Assembly (NCBI RefSeq): GCF_046119375.1
Contig: NW_027362765.1
Coordinates: 222,084,001-222,148,000 of the forward strand
DNA: 64,000 nucleotides
DNA from: Phyllobates terribilis
Lineage: Eukaryota
Direction of reading: 5' to 3'
Shown: piece after piece, positions 24,855-38,931 of the stretch
Layout: each line of letters opens with the position of its first letter
Numbering within the stretch: the stretch's first letter is position 1
The notes under the pieces: generated by a model
What the model was told of the DNA's origin: nothing
The model's database searches: none
Seen by the model: only the letters and a program-made list of their open reading frames with translations
Program-made: the position numbers and the translations under genes

Positions 24855-27800
24855 ATGGTGTCGGTTCAGGATTTGGTTCATCGCCTGCAGGGACTCTCTC
24901 TGGAGGTGGCCGAGCTCCGTCAGCACGTGAGTAACTGTCCTGGAGCACATTTCTTGGAGCCTAAGGTATGTTTGCCGGATTTATTTTTTGGTGAACACCG
25001 AGAATTTTTTTCATTTAAAAATGCTTGCTTATTGTATTTTCGTTTGAGACCTAAGTCCTCTGGGGATGAATCCCAGCGCGTAGGGTTCATAATGTCACTT
25101 TTGCGCAAAGAGCCTCAGGAGTGGGCCTTTTCTTTGCAACCTAGTGATACATGCTTCAGATCAGTGGATAGTTTTTTTTCTGCTTTGGGACTATTATATG
25201 ATGATCCTGACCGTGTCGCATCAGCTGAGACTGAGTTGAGACGTTTAAAACAGGGATCAGGTAATGTGGAAAAATATTGTACTCATTTCCGTCGTTGGTC
25301 TACTCAAACAGGGTGGAACGATTCTGCTCTGAAAAGTCTATTTCTTGCTGGGCTCAGTGAAAGGGTTAAAGACCTGCTAATTGCTTATCCTACACCTGAA
25401 GATTTGCAACAGGCTATGCAATTAGCTATACGGGTGGATAGAAGACTGCGTGCAAGGGTTAATGAGAGCAAATCCTCTGCTATGTCAGTTTCTGGTTATG
25501 AGAATGTGTGTACTAACAGTGGTGAACCGATGGAGATTGGATCGGTGGCACCTCGCTCTCAAGAAAAAGACCGTCGATTTTCTGAAGGCTTGTGTTTCTA
25601 TTGCGGAAAATCTGGTCATTTGATTAAAGGTTGTGAGCTTCGTATGAAGAAAGAAAAAAAAAAGGTCAGTCACGCCCGTATTGCCTGTTTAAATTCCAAG
25701 GGTATATTTTTAGCTGCTTCCACGATTGCTCAGAAAAAATTAATGGAATTTCGGGTTTTTGTTGATTGCGGGTCTACTCTGAATGTAATTGATGGGGGAT
25801 TCGTGGAAAGACTCAATTTACAACCTGAACCTTTATCATCCCCCATTGCTGTGGTTTCTGTGGATGGTTCCCCTTTGAAGAATATTACTCTCAAGGTCTG
25901 TGAATTTCCTCTCACTATTAATGGTGTTCACCATGAGAAATTGGATTTGGTAGTGTTGAATAACTTGCCTTCTCCAGTAATATTGGGATTGCCCTGGTTA
26001 AAATTTCACAATCCTGTACTGGATTGGTCTACCAGTGAAATTAAATCCTGGAGCCATAAATGTTATGACAAGTGTTGTAACGGGCGTATTGCAGCTTTGG
26101 ATAGGGGAGAATTGCCTGTTCCTATTCAGGATTTTTGGAGAGTTTTTTTCTGAGAAGGAATCGCAGGTTTTGCCTCCCCATAGAGACTATGATTGTTCTA
26201 TTGAATTTGTCCCTGGAGCGACTCTTCCTAAAAGTCGTTTATTTAACCTTACTATTCCTGAGAGGAAGGCTTTGGAGGAATACATACAGACAAGTTTGGC
26301 CGCCGGTCACATTAGGCCCTCTAAGTCTCCTGTGGCGGTTGCATTTTTTTTTGTAAAAAAAAAGGACGGCGGTTTACGTCCTTGTCTGGATTTTCGTGAG
26401 ATTAACAAAATTACTGTACGCAATCCTTACCCACTGCCATTGATTCCTGATCTGTTTAACCAGTTAATGGGGGCCAAGTGGTTCTCTAAAATTGACCTTA
26501 AGGGGGCATACAATCTGTTGCGCATGAAGGAGGGTGACGAATGGAAGACTGCTTTTAACACTCCTGTGGGTCATTTTGAGAATCTGGTTATGCCTTTTGG
26601 TCTTACTAATGCTCTGCATTTTTTCAGAATCTGATTAATGACATCCTTAGACCTTTGATCGGCAAAAATGTGGTTGTGTATTTGGATGACATTTTGATTT
26701 ATTCGCCGGATCTGGAGTCTCATTGGCGGAGCGTGCGTGAGGTATTACAGTTATTAATGGACAATTTGCTTTTTGCTAAGCTGGAGAAATGTGAGTTCGC
26801 TGTACAGAGAATTCGTTTTTTGGGCTACATTATCTCCAGCAAAGGTTTTGAGATGGATCCGGTTAAGGTTCAGGCTGTGCAGGAATGGCCTAGGCCTATT
26901 GGTTTGAAATCGATACAGAGGTTTTTGGGTTTCGCCAATTACTACAGAAAATTCATAAAAAATTTTTCTAGTATTGTCAAACCTCTGACTGATCTCACCA
27001 GGAAAGGTGCTGATGCGGTTCAGTGGTCTTCTGAGGCCATTGAAGCTTTTGTGTATCTCAAGGAGAGGTTCACCTCTGCTCCCATCCTTATGCAGCCTGA
27101 TGTTACTAGGCCGTTTTTGGTTGAGGTTGATGCTTCCTCTGTGGGGGTTGGCGCAGTATTGTCTCAGGATAACGGGGATGGATTACATCCCTGTGCCTTT
27201 TTTTCAAAAAAATTTTCGGAGACTGAACTGAATTACGATATTGGTAATCGGGAATTATTGGCTATTAAACTCGCATTTGAACACTGGCGCCACTTCTTGG
27301 AAGGTGCGGAATTTCCCGTTCAGGTTCTTACGGATCATAAAAATCTGATATATCTTGATGCTGCCAAGCGCCTGAATGCCCGTCAGGCTAGGTGGGCACT
27401 GTTTTTCTCGCGGTTTAATTTCTCCGTTACTTACATCCCTGGTACTAAGAATGTTAAGGCGGATGCCTTGTCTCGCAGTTTTTCTCCCATAGTCGGTGCT
27501 GAGAAAGAGGAGAACATTTTACAAGAAGGTGTTGTGATAGCTGCTTTGGACTCCGTTTTGGAAAATGAGATTCTTAAAGCACAGGAGAATGCCCCTTCTA
27601 ACACTCCTCATGGGAGGTTGTTTGTGCCTGGGACCTTTAGGAGAGATTTGTTTGTTGAGTGTCACGAATCTCGGTTGGCAGGTCATCCCGGAATCTCTGA
27701 GACCAAGAGACTGGTGGGTCGCAGTTTTTGGTGGCCTGGATGGCAGAAGGAAGTCATTAAGTGGGTGCGTCAATGTACTATATGTGCTAGATCTAAGTCC

Positions 27801-28922
27801 TCACATACTCCTGCTGCGGGGTTGCTTTGTCCTTTGGAGGTTCCCAGTGCTCCTTGGACACATTTGGCTATGGACTTTATAACTGACCTTCCCCCCTCTG
27901 AGGGTTTTACTGTCATCTGGGTGGTCGTGGACCGTTTTAGCAAGATGTGTCACTTGGTTCCCTTTGTCAAACTGCCCTGCGCTAAAACTCTCGCTAAGGC
28001 CTTTGTCAAGGAAATTGTCAGACTTCATGGCGTTCCTACTGACATTGTTTCTGATAGGGGTCCTCAGTTCGTGGCTCGTTTTTGGCGTGCCTTTTGTGAC
28101 AGGTTGGGAGTTCATTTATCGTTCTCGTCCGGATATCATCCTGAATCTAATGGCCAGACAGAAAGGAAAAACCAGGATGTTGAGCAGTTCTTGCGTTGTT
28201 TTGTGGCAGACAATCAAGAGGGGTGGTCTGAGTTTCTGCCACTTGCTGAATTTGCTCTGAACAATCATACATCTTCTTCTGCTGGTTGTTCGCCTTTTTT
28301 TTGTTGTTCTGGGAGACATCCGTCGTTTGGGTCGTTCTCCAAGTTGGGATCTGCCGTGCCTGAGGAGGAGAATTTTTCCGGTGATTTGGAGAGAGTTTGG
28401 ACGGATGTGCGTGGTAATCTTCAGGAGGCCAACAGAAAATCTAAGGACTACTTTGATAGGAAACGACAGGAGGTTTTGTCCGCTGTTGGTGACATGGTTT
28501 GGTTGTCCTCTAGGAATCTGCGGTTGAGGATTCCTTCTAAGAAATTGGGTCCCAAGTTTGTAGGGCCCTTTAAGGTGCTTCAGGTTGTCAACCAATCTGC
28601 TGTTAGGTTGGAGGTTCCTACCTCCTGGAGAATTAATCCGGTATTTCATGTCTCTCTGTTGAAAAGAGCTGTTGTATCGGATTGTGACGCCTCTGCCTCT
28701 GTTCCTTCGGTGGTGGAGGACGGGGAATATGAAATTTCTCGCATCCTTAACTCTAGACTGTATAGAGGTAGTTTGCAGTATCTTGTGGCCTGGAAAGGTT
28801 TCGGACCCGAGGATAACTCTTGGGTGAGGTCGGATGATGTTTCCGCGTCCAGACTTATCAGAGCGTTTCACAGGAGATTTCCTGATAAGCCTGGTCCTAG
28901 GGGATCCGGAGGATCCTCTTAG
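24855..28922 (+). CDS. gag-pol: Single gag-pol polyprotein (~1355 aa if repaired) with two compensating 1-nt indels in RT
   Basis: RTL1/PEG10-like Gag, [14 protein letters not shown], protease [12 protein letters not shown], RNase H, HHCC plus DDE integrase, GPF motif, chromodomain [33 protein letters not shown]. 24855 and 26655 share a frame; only ~26150-26615 is shifted. Confidence 0.9.
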
Positions 28923-29826
28923 AAGGGGGGGTACTGTTAGAACCTTGCTCTTAGGTTTTTTTTCCTTTGCTGGTCACATGACCTTGTTGGCCTATTTAAG
29001 CCTGCTCCGCCCTTCTGGCTTTGCTGGACTTCATTGTATATCTACTTTCTAGCTAGCCTGTGCTCTGTGTCTTGCTCTGTTAGTTTGCTTGGTCTACTGA
29101 CCTCTATGTTCTATATATTTTGTTTGTTCGTCTGTCTGCTACTATTTCTGTTAGGAGGTGTCCCATATTCCTCCCAGTCCTTAGTACTTGTAGGGATTCC
29201 TTCCCCACATCTATAGGTCTCCGTACAGACTAGCTTAGGACTTTAGCAGGTCTGATCGCAGGATCAGGTTCCCTGTTACATCGTAGGGATTAAGCTGAGT
29301 TCTATCGTAGGGACAGATCTCCTCTCTTTCCTTAGCTCTGGTAGCAGAATATAACAGGTTCACCACTGTTCCATGTTTTTGCCATTTGTGAATAATGACT
29401 CTCCCTGTGGTTTGTTGGAGTCCCAAAGCTTTAGAAATGGCATTGTAACCTTGTCCATACTGATAGATCTCAATTACTTTGTTTCTCATTTGCTCCTGAA
29501 TTTCTTTGGATTGCAGCATGATGTCTAGCTTTTGAGGATCTTTTGGTGTATTGCACGTGGTCAGGCAGGTCCTATTTAAGTGATTTCTTGATTGAGAAGA
29601 GGTGTGGCAGTAATCAGGCCTGTGTATGGCTATGTAAATTTAACTCCGGTTCCCACCACAGTTAAATTATGTTTTAAGTGGGAAGGGGGGGAATCACTTT
29701 TTCACCCTGTAGGTTTGCATTTCTTTTTCCCTTACCTACATTTGTTTTTTGATCTGAAACATTTAAGTGTAACAAACAGGCGAAAGAATAAGAAATCAGG
29801 AAGGGGCATACACTTTTTCACACCAT

Positions 29827-31436
<1,610 letters not shown>

Positions 31437-31573
31437 NNNNNNNNNNNNNNNNNNNNNNNNNNNNNNNNNNNNNNNNNNNNNNNNNNNNNNNNNNNNNNNN
31501 NNNNNNNNNNNNNNNNNNNNNNNNNNNNNNNNNNNNNNNNNNNNNNNNNNNNNNNNNNNNNNNNNNNNNNNNN
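31437..31573. other. Assembly gap (137 N)
   Basis: Run of N. Confidence 1.
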
Positions 31574-32460
31574 NGTATTCATACCCCATGAACGTTCCTA
31601 CATATCTTTCACATTACAACCACAGTTTAAATTTATTTATTTATTTATTTATTATGTGATATGCTAAACCTAAGTTGAAAGTATTTGTGAAGAGTAAGGG
31701 AAATAATACATGTTTTTTTAAATATTTAAAATATATAAATCTGAAAATTGTGACCTGCATTTGTATTTAGCCCCCCACCTTCCCGAGTCAATAATTTGTA
31801 GGACCACCTTTTGGTGCAATTACTGTTGCAAATATTTTGTGGTATGCCTCTACCCGCTTTGTCTAGAGCATACATGTTAAACTCTGGCCCATGGGCCAAA
31901 TGTGACAAGCAGGATTTTTTTATTTGGCCCTCGACACCAAAACCACCACCCTGATGTGGGGCCCATTATTATATATGGAGGACTATGTGGGGCCCATTAT
32001 TCTGTATGGAGGACTGTGGGGCCCATTATTCTGTATGGAGAACAATGTGAGGCCCATTATTCTGTGTGGAGGACTATGTGGGGCTCATTACTCTGTATGG
32101 AGGACTTTGTGGGGCTCATTATACGGCATACTGATTGGCCCGCGACTTTGTCCAAGTTTTTCATTTTGGCCCTCTGTTTATTTGAGTTTGACATTCCTGA
32201 TCTAGAGATCTAAATCCCATTGAGAATCTGTGTCAAGACTTGAAAATTGCTGTTCACAGACGCTCTCCATCTAATCTCACTGAGCTAGAGCTAGTTGGCA
32301 AAGAAGGATGGGCAAAAATTTCAGCCTCTGGATGTGCACAACTGGTAGAGACATACCCCAAAAAGACTTGCAGCAGTAATTGCAGCGAAAGGGGGGCTGA
32401 ATACAAATTCTACACATTCTACACATACACGGGGTATGGATACTTTTTCAAGGCACTCTG
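31574..32460 (+). mobile_element. Non-autonomous Tc1 derivative (TIR ..AAAAAGTATTCATACCCC)
   Basis: GTATTCATACCCC after the gap and GGGGTATGGATACTTTTTCAAGGCACT at the right. C-terminal relic LKIAVHRRSPSNLTELE at ~32240. Confidence 0.7.
31869..32199. mobile_element. hAT (Charlie-type) MITE with ~28-bp tandem repeat
   Basis: CATACATGTTAAACTC...GAGTTTGACATTCCTG with 8-bp TSD (G/A)TCTAGAG, the Charlie-type NTCTAGAN target. Confidence 0.75.
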
Positions 32461-32471
32461 TGTAGTTACAG

Positions 32472-32513
<42 letters not shown>

Positions 32514-34097
32514 CTGTGGGGGAAATAAGTATTTGATCCCTTGCTGTTTTTGTAAGTTTGCCCACTGACAAAGACATGAACAGTCTATAATTTTAAAGGT
32601 AGGTTAATTTTAACATTGAGAGATAGAATATCCCCAAAAAATCAAGAAAATCACATTGTATAAATTAGATAATTTTTTTTTTGCATTTTGCAGTGAGAAA
32701 TAAGTATTAGCTATCTCTGGCAAACAACACTTATTACTTGGTGGCAAAACCTTTGTTGGAAAGCACAGCAGTCAGACGTTTATTGTAGTTGATGATGAAG
32801 GTTGCGCACATCTCGGGAGGAATTTTGGTCCACTCCTCTTTGCAGATCATCTCTAAATCTTTAAGATTTTGAGGCTGTCAATTGGCAACTCAGAGCTTCA
32901 ACTCCCTGCATAAGTTTTCTATGGGATTTAGGTCTGGAGACCTTATGTGCTTCTTTTTGAGCCACTCCTTTGTTGCCTTGGCTGTATGTTTTGGGTCATT
33001 GTCATGCTGGAAGACCCTGCAACGACCCATCTTCATTGCTCTTACTGAGGGAAGGGGGTTGTTGACCAAAATCTCACGATACATGACCGCATTCATCTTC
33101 CCTTCAGTACGGAGCAGTCGTCATGTCCCCTTTGCAGAAAAACACCCCCAAAGTTTAATGATTACCCCACCATGCTTCACGCTTGGGACGATGTTCTTAG
33201 GGCTGTACTCATCCTTCTTCTTCCTCCAAACACGGTGAGTTGAGTTAATGCCAAAGAGCTCAATTTTTGTCTCATCTGACCACAGCACCTTCTCCAAATA
33301 ACTCACAGAATCATCCAGGTGTTCATCGGCAAACTTCAGACGGGCCTGCACATGTGCCTTCTTGAGCAGGGAGACCTTGCGGGCACTGCAGGATTTTAAA
33401 CCTTTCAAGGCGTAATGTGTTACCAATGATTTACTTGGTGACTGCGGTCCCAGCTGCCTGGAGATCATTAACAAGTTACCCCCGTGTAGTTTTAGGTTGA
33501 TCGCTCACCTTCCTCATGGTCAAGGATACCCCACGAGGTGAGATTTTGTATGGTGCCCCGGATCAATGTCGATTGACAATCATTTTGTATTTCTTCCATT
33601 TTCTTACTATTGAACCAACAGTTGTCTCCTTCTAAACAAGCGTCTTACTTATGGTTTTATAGCCCATTCCAGCTTTGTGCAGGTCTAAGATCTTGTCCCT
33701 GATATCCTTAGAAAGCTCTTTGGTCTTCCCCATGTTGTAGAGGTTAGAGTCTGACTGATTAATTGAGTCTGTGGACAGGAGTTTTTTATACAGGTGACTA
33801 TGTAAGACAGCTGTCTTTAATGCAGGTAACGAGTTGATTAGGAGCGTCCAACTGGTCTGTAGGAGCCAGAACTCATAATGGTTTGTAGGGGATCAAATAC
33901 TTATTTCTCACTGCAAAATGCAAATAAATTTATCTAATTTATACAATGTGATTTTCTTCATTTTTTGGGATATTCTATCTCTCAATGTTAAAATTAACCT
34001 ACCCTTAACATTATAGACTGTTCATGTCTTTGTCAGTAGGCAAACTTACAAAACCTACAAAAACAACAAGGGATCAAATGCTTATTTCCACCCACTT
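32514..34097 (-). mobile_element. Full-length degraded Tc1 element (relative of 4478-6072)
   Basis: TIR C(T/A)GTGGGGGAAATAAGTATTTGATCCCTTG at both ends. Fragments [13 protein letters not shown] and [21 protein letters not shown]. Confidence 0.9.
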
Positions 34098-34171
<74 letters not shown>

Positions 34172-34174
<3 letters not shown>

Positions 34175-35794
34175 TACAGACCAAAAGTTTGGACACACCT
34201 TCTCATTTAAAGATTTTTCTGTATTTTCATGACTTTGAAAATGTACATTTACACTGAAGTCATCAAAACTATGAATTAACACATGTGGAATTATATACTT
34301 AACAAAAAAGTGTAAAACAACTGAAAATATTTCTTATATTCTAGGTTCTTCAAAGTAGCCACCTTTTGCTTTGATGACTGCTTTGCACACTCTTGGCATT
34401 CTCTTGATGAGCTTCAAGAGGTAGTCACCGGAAATGGTTTTCACTTCACAGGCGTGCCCTGTCAGGTTTAATAAGTGGGATTTCTTGCCTTATAAATGGG
34501 ATTGGGACCATCAGTTGTGTTGTGCAGAAGTCAGGAGGATACACAGCTGATAGTCCTACTGAATAGACTGTTAGAATTTGTATTATGGCAAGAAAAAATC
34601 AGCTAAGTAAAGAAAAATGAGTGGCCATCATTACTTTAAGAAATGAAGGTCAGTCAGTCCGAAAAATTGGGCAAACTTTGAAAGTGTCCCCAAGTGCAGT
34701 TGCAAAAACCATCAAGCGCTACAAAGAAACTGGCTCACATGAGGACCACCCCAGGAAAGGAAGACCAAGAGTCACCCCTGCTTCTGAGGATAAGTTTACC
34801 AGCCTCAGAAGTCGCAGGTTAACAGCAGCTCAGATTAGAGGCCAGGTCAATGCCACACAGAGTTCTAGCAGCAGACACATCTCTTCAACAACTGTTAAAA
34901 GGAGACTTTGTGCAGCATGCCTTCATGGTAAAATAGCTGCTAGGAAACCAATGCTAAGGACAGGCAACAAGCAGAAGAGACAAGTTTGGGCTAAAGAACA
35001 CAAGGTATGGACATTAGACCAGTGGAAAGCACTGCTTTGGTCTGATGAGTCCAAATTTGAGATCTTTGGTTCCAACCACCGAGTCTTTGTGCGACGCAGA
35101 AAAGGTGAACGGATGGACTCTACATGCCTGGTTCCCACCATGAAGCATGGAGGAGGTGTGATGGTGTGGGGGTGCTTTGCTGGTGACACTGTTGGGGATT
35201 TATTCAAAATTGAAGGCATACTGAACCAGCATGGCTACCACAGCATCTTGCAGCGGCATGCTATTCCATCCGGTTTGTGTTTAGTTGGACCATCATTTAT
35301 TTTTCAACAGGACAATGATCCCAAACACACCTCCAGGCTGTGTAAGGGCTATTTGACCAAGAAGGAGAGTGATGGGGTGCTACGCCAGATGACCTGGCCT
35401 CCACAGTCACCAGACCTGAACCTAATCAAGATGGTTTGGGGTGAGCTGGACCGCAGAGTGAAGGCAAAAGGGCCAACAAGTGCTAAGTGCTAAGCATCTC
35501 TTGGAACTCCTTCAAGATTGTTGGAAGACCATTTCTCGTGACTACCTCTTGAAGCTCATCAAGAGAATGCCAAGAGTGTGCAAAGCAGTCATCAAAGCAA
35601 AAGGTGGCTACTTGAAGAACCTAGAATATAAGACATATTTTCAGTTGTTTCACACTTTTTTGTTAAGTATATAATTCCACATGTGTTAATTCATAGTTTT
35701 GATGCCTTCAGTGTGAATGTACAATTTTCATAGTCATGAAAATACAGAAAAATCTTTAAATGAGAAGGTGAGTCCAAACTTTTGGTCTGTACTG
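34172..35794 (+). mobile_element. Full-length Tc1 element with ~267-bp TIRs
   Basis: CAGTACAGACCAAAAGTTTGGAC...CCAAACTTTTGGTCTGTACTG. TIR match extends inward to ~34440 and ~35528. Confidence 0.93.
34585..35631 (+). pseudogene. Tc1 transposase pseudogene
   Basis: MARKNQLSKEK* (TGA 34618-34620), then 290 aa open with WSDESKFE and QQDNDPKH. Catalytic Glu is mutated (DLNLIK). A 7-bp duplication AAGTGCT causes a frameshift at ~35480. Confidence 0.9.
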
Positions 35795-35819
35795 TGTATA
35801 TATATATATAGTACATATA

Positions 35820-36378
35820 CAGTGCTCCAGCATAAAAGAGTACACCCCCTGTAAGTAAGATTTTATTCATTATCTCGCTGAACACAAGAACAATTTACAA
35901 AATTTTGACAAGAATGAATTTCATGGTATATTTGTTTACCCTATAACATGAAAGTAAGGTTAATGATATAACTGTCATTACTAAATATTCAGTTTTACTC
36001 AAAGTAGTTGAGTAAAATGTTCTTCGGAAATTCAACAGATGTTCGGTTTGGAGCATTGTAATGTTGGAAAGGTTCACATCTACCAAGGACACAAAGTGAT
36101 TGTAGCATCTTCTCTTTCAATATACAGCAGTACATCTGTGAATTCATGATACCATAAATCAAATGCACTCCCGACACCAGCAGCACTCATGCAGCCCCAG
36201 ATAAGGACACTGCCTCCACTATGTTTCACTGTAAGCACCATGCATTTAGAAAAATGAATTTAGAAAAATGTATCATGCCTACAGTGAAACATGTAGGTGG
36301 CAGTATCCTTATGTGGGGCTGCATGAGTGCAGCTGGTGTTGGGGAGATAAATTTCATAGATGGTATCATGAATTTGCA
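35820..36378. mobile_element. Tc1 fragments, head to head
   Basis: TIR CAGTGCTCCAGCATAAAAGAGTACACCCC. DDE-region fragments on the minus (36000-36245) and plus (36265-36378) strands. Confidence 0.65.
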
Positions 36379-36382
36379 TATA

Positions 36383-37951
36383 CAATCATGGCCAAAAGTG
36401 CTATCACCCTTGAAATTGTTCCAGAAAATTAAGTATTTCTCCCAGAAAAATATTGCAATTACACATTTTGTTATACACATGTTTATTTCCTTTGTGTGTA
36501 TTGGAACAACACAAAAATTCAGAAAAAAGGCAAATTGGACATCATTTCACACAAAAATCCAAAAATGTGGCAGACAAAATTATTGCCACCTTTCTAAAAT
36601 TGTGGGTAAACAACATTGTTTCAAGCATGTGATGCTCGTTCAAACACACCTTTGAAACCAGATAAAAAAGGGAGAAGTTTACTCAATCTTTGCATTGTGT
36701 GTCTGTGTGTGCCGCACTAAGCATGGAGGGCAGAAAGAGGAGAAGGGAACTGTCTGAGGACTTGAGAACTAAAATTGTTGAACAATATCAGCAATCTCAA
36801 GGTTACAAGTCCATCTCCAGAGATCTTAATGTTCCTTAGTCCATGGTGCATAACATAATCAAGAAGTTTACAACCCATGGTACTGTAGATAATCTCCCCG
36901 GACATGGACGGCAGAGAAAAATTGATGAAAGATTGCAACGCAGGATAGTTCGGATGGTGGATAAGCAATCCCAATCAAGTTCCAAAGAAATTCAAGCTGT
37001 CCTGCAGGCGCAGAGTGCATCAGTGTCAGCGCGAACTATCCGTCAACATTTGAATGAAATGAAATGCTATGGCAGGAGACACAAGAGGACCCCACTGCTG
37101 ACACAGACATAAAAAAGATAGACTGCAGTCTGCAAAAATGTACGTGATTAAGCCAAAATCCTTCTGGGAAAGCATCTTATGGATAGATGAGACCAAGATA
37201 GAGCTTTTTGGTAAAGTATATCATTGTGTTCTTTATCAAAAACGGAATGAGACTTACAAAGAAAAGAACACAGTACGTACAGTCAAAGATGTTTTGGGGT
37301 TGTTTTGCTGCCTCTGGCACTAGGTGCCTTGACTATGTGCAAGGCATCATGAAATCTGAAGATTACCAAAGGATTTTGGGTCGTAATGTAGTGCCCAGTG
37401 TCAGAAAGCTGGGTTGACGTCCCAGGTCATGGGTCTTCCACGACCCCAAACATACTTCAAGAAGCACCCAAAAATGAATGGAAACAAAGTGCTGGAGAGT
37501 TCTGAAGTGACCAGCAATGAGTCTGGATCTAAATCCCATTGAACACCTGTGGAGAGAGTTTAAAATTGCTGCTGGGAGATGGCACCATTCACATATGAGA
37601 GACGTGGAGCAGTTTGCAAAAGAAGAGCGCTCCAAAATTGCAGTTGAGAGGTGTAAGAAGCTTGTTGATGGTTATAGGAAGCGATTGATTGCAGTTATTT
37701 ATTCCAAACGACGTGCAACCAAATAGTAAGTTGAGGGTGCCAACAATTTTGACCAGCCCATTTTGTTTTGTTTTTTTGTGAAATTATGTCCAATTTGCCT
37801 TTTTTTTTCTCTCCTTTTTTTGTGTTGTTCCAATACACATAAAGAAAATAAACGTGTATATGACAAAACGTGTAATTGCAATCATTTTCTGGGAGAAACA
37901 CTTAACTTTCTGGAACAATTTGAAGGGTGCCAACACTTTCGGCCATGACTA
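36383..37951 (+). mobile_element. Full-length degraded Tc1 element (TIR CAGTCATGGCCGAAAGTGTTGGCACCC type)
   Basis: Inverted termini. Fragments [36 protein letters not shown] and DLNPIEHLW, several frameshifts (~36723-37728). Confidence 0.88.
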
Positions 37952-38024
37952 TATATATTAGACATTTACCATTAGATAAAATAAAAAAACATTTATATGT
38001 ATATGTGTGTGTGTCTGTGTGTAT

Positions 38025-38886
38025 TGTAATGCAGAAGGTTGCTAGCATTACTGTAAAAGGTCCAGGATGTGCTTACCGGACCATGTACCTTCCCCTTTAT
38101 CTGACTGGTCACATGACTGTGACATCACCCAGGTCCTGCATGCACAGTAAAGCTCTGTATACATGACTGGGACAGCACACAGGACCTATACACACAGCTG
38201 ACTGATCACATGACTGTGACATCAGCAAGGTCCTGTCAGTATGTGGCTGTCTGTGCACAGCATATATAAACCTGCTTAATTTGAGACAGGTGTGTTCGGT
38301 GTGAGGCGTGAGGCCTGTTCCCCATGTGTGTGGGATACCGTGATACCGTTTGTGAGAGGCCTAGTGAGGCCGAGAGTGAAGCCTGGCAGCCTGAAAGGCC
38401 AAGCCTGGATCCGATGCATGGATGTCAGTGGCCTTTGAGGGAAAGCCGGCTTGTGGAAGAGTCCTGAAAGGCGCAGGCTGGATGTGAGTGGAGACATACC
38501 AGTAGCCTTAGACGGAACGACGGCTGGAGACCCCTACCTGGGAAGCCGCAGAGCCACAGTGGTGGCAGAGTAACAGACTGAGACAGCTATACCCGGCAAA
38601 GGTAATACCCGGTGCTATATGGACATTGTGATATGAACATTGCTACTTTATTACCTTGCCGTAAGCTGTACCCTGGAGCAAGTGGGCCGGTGTGCCACTT
38701 GGCTCATGAATTGTTTATGTGTGTAAACCTGCCGGTGGCGGACTAAGATGAACTGTGTGTGAACAGCGGTTTATGAAGTGCCATAATAAACTGCAACACT
38801 GTGTGAAAAACGTAAAGACATTGCACGTGTGCATTGATTGATGCAGCGAAGCGAGTTACCCCCAGTATGATGACTAGCGCTGCCTT

Positions 38887-38889
<3 letters not shown>
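38025..38889 (+). mobile_element. Solo LTR (865 bp)
   Basis: TGTAATGCAG...CTGCCTTACA, TATATAAA at ~38263, AATAAA at ~38786. TSD imperfect (GTAT/ATAT) in a TA tract. Confidence 0.7.

Positions 38890-38930
<41 letters not shown>

Positions 38931-38931
<1 letters not shown>

Larger units (their letters stand above)
24385..29356 (+). mobile_element. Full-length Ty3/Gypsy chromovirus (Tf1/sushi group) with identical LTRs
   Basis: LTRs 24385-24806 and 28935-29356 (422 bp, no difference seen), 5-bp TSD GGTTC, PPT AGAAGGGGGGGTAC at 28921-28934. Confidence 0.98.
23551..29519 (-). pseudogene. Frog Prince-like transposase, interrupted and frameshifted
   Basis: N-terminus 29357-29519. Remainder 23551-24384 ends AAKGGPTSY*. 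Confidence 0.85.
23333..29828 (-). mobile_element. Frog Prince-type Tc1 element split by a Gypsy insertion
   Basis: TIR CAGTGGTGTGAAAAAGTGTTTGCCCCC with inner DR (~23520, ~29690). Transposase SKEIQEQMRNKVIEIYQ..HKWQKHGTVVNL|PRSGRP and MNSAVYQKILKENVRP..QQDND closely matches Frog Prince as recalled. Confidence 0.9.

Noticed and set aside
25765-25790. Protease active site D-C-G instead of D-S/T-G in both chromoviruses
   Set aside because: DCG variants are known among Ty3/Gypsy proteases, and sharing by both elements suggests a normal family trait.
28116-28871. 251-aa antisense ORF (also 51423-52064, 213 aa)
   Set aside because: Shadows of integrase coding sequence with no recognisable motif.
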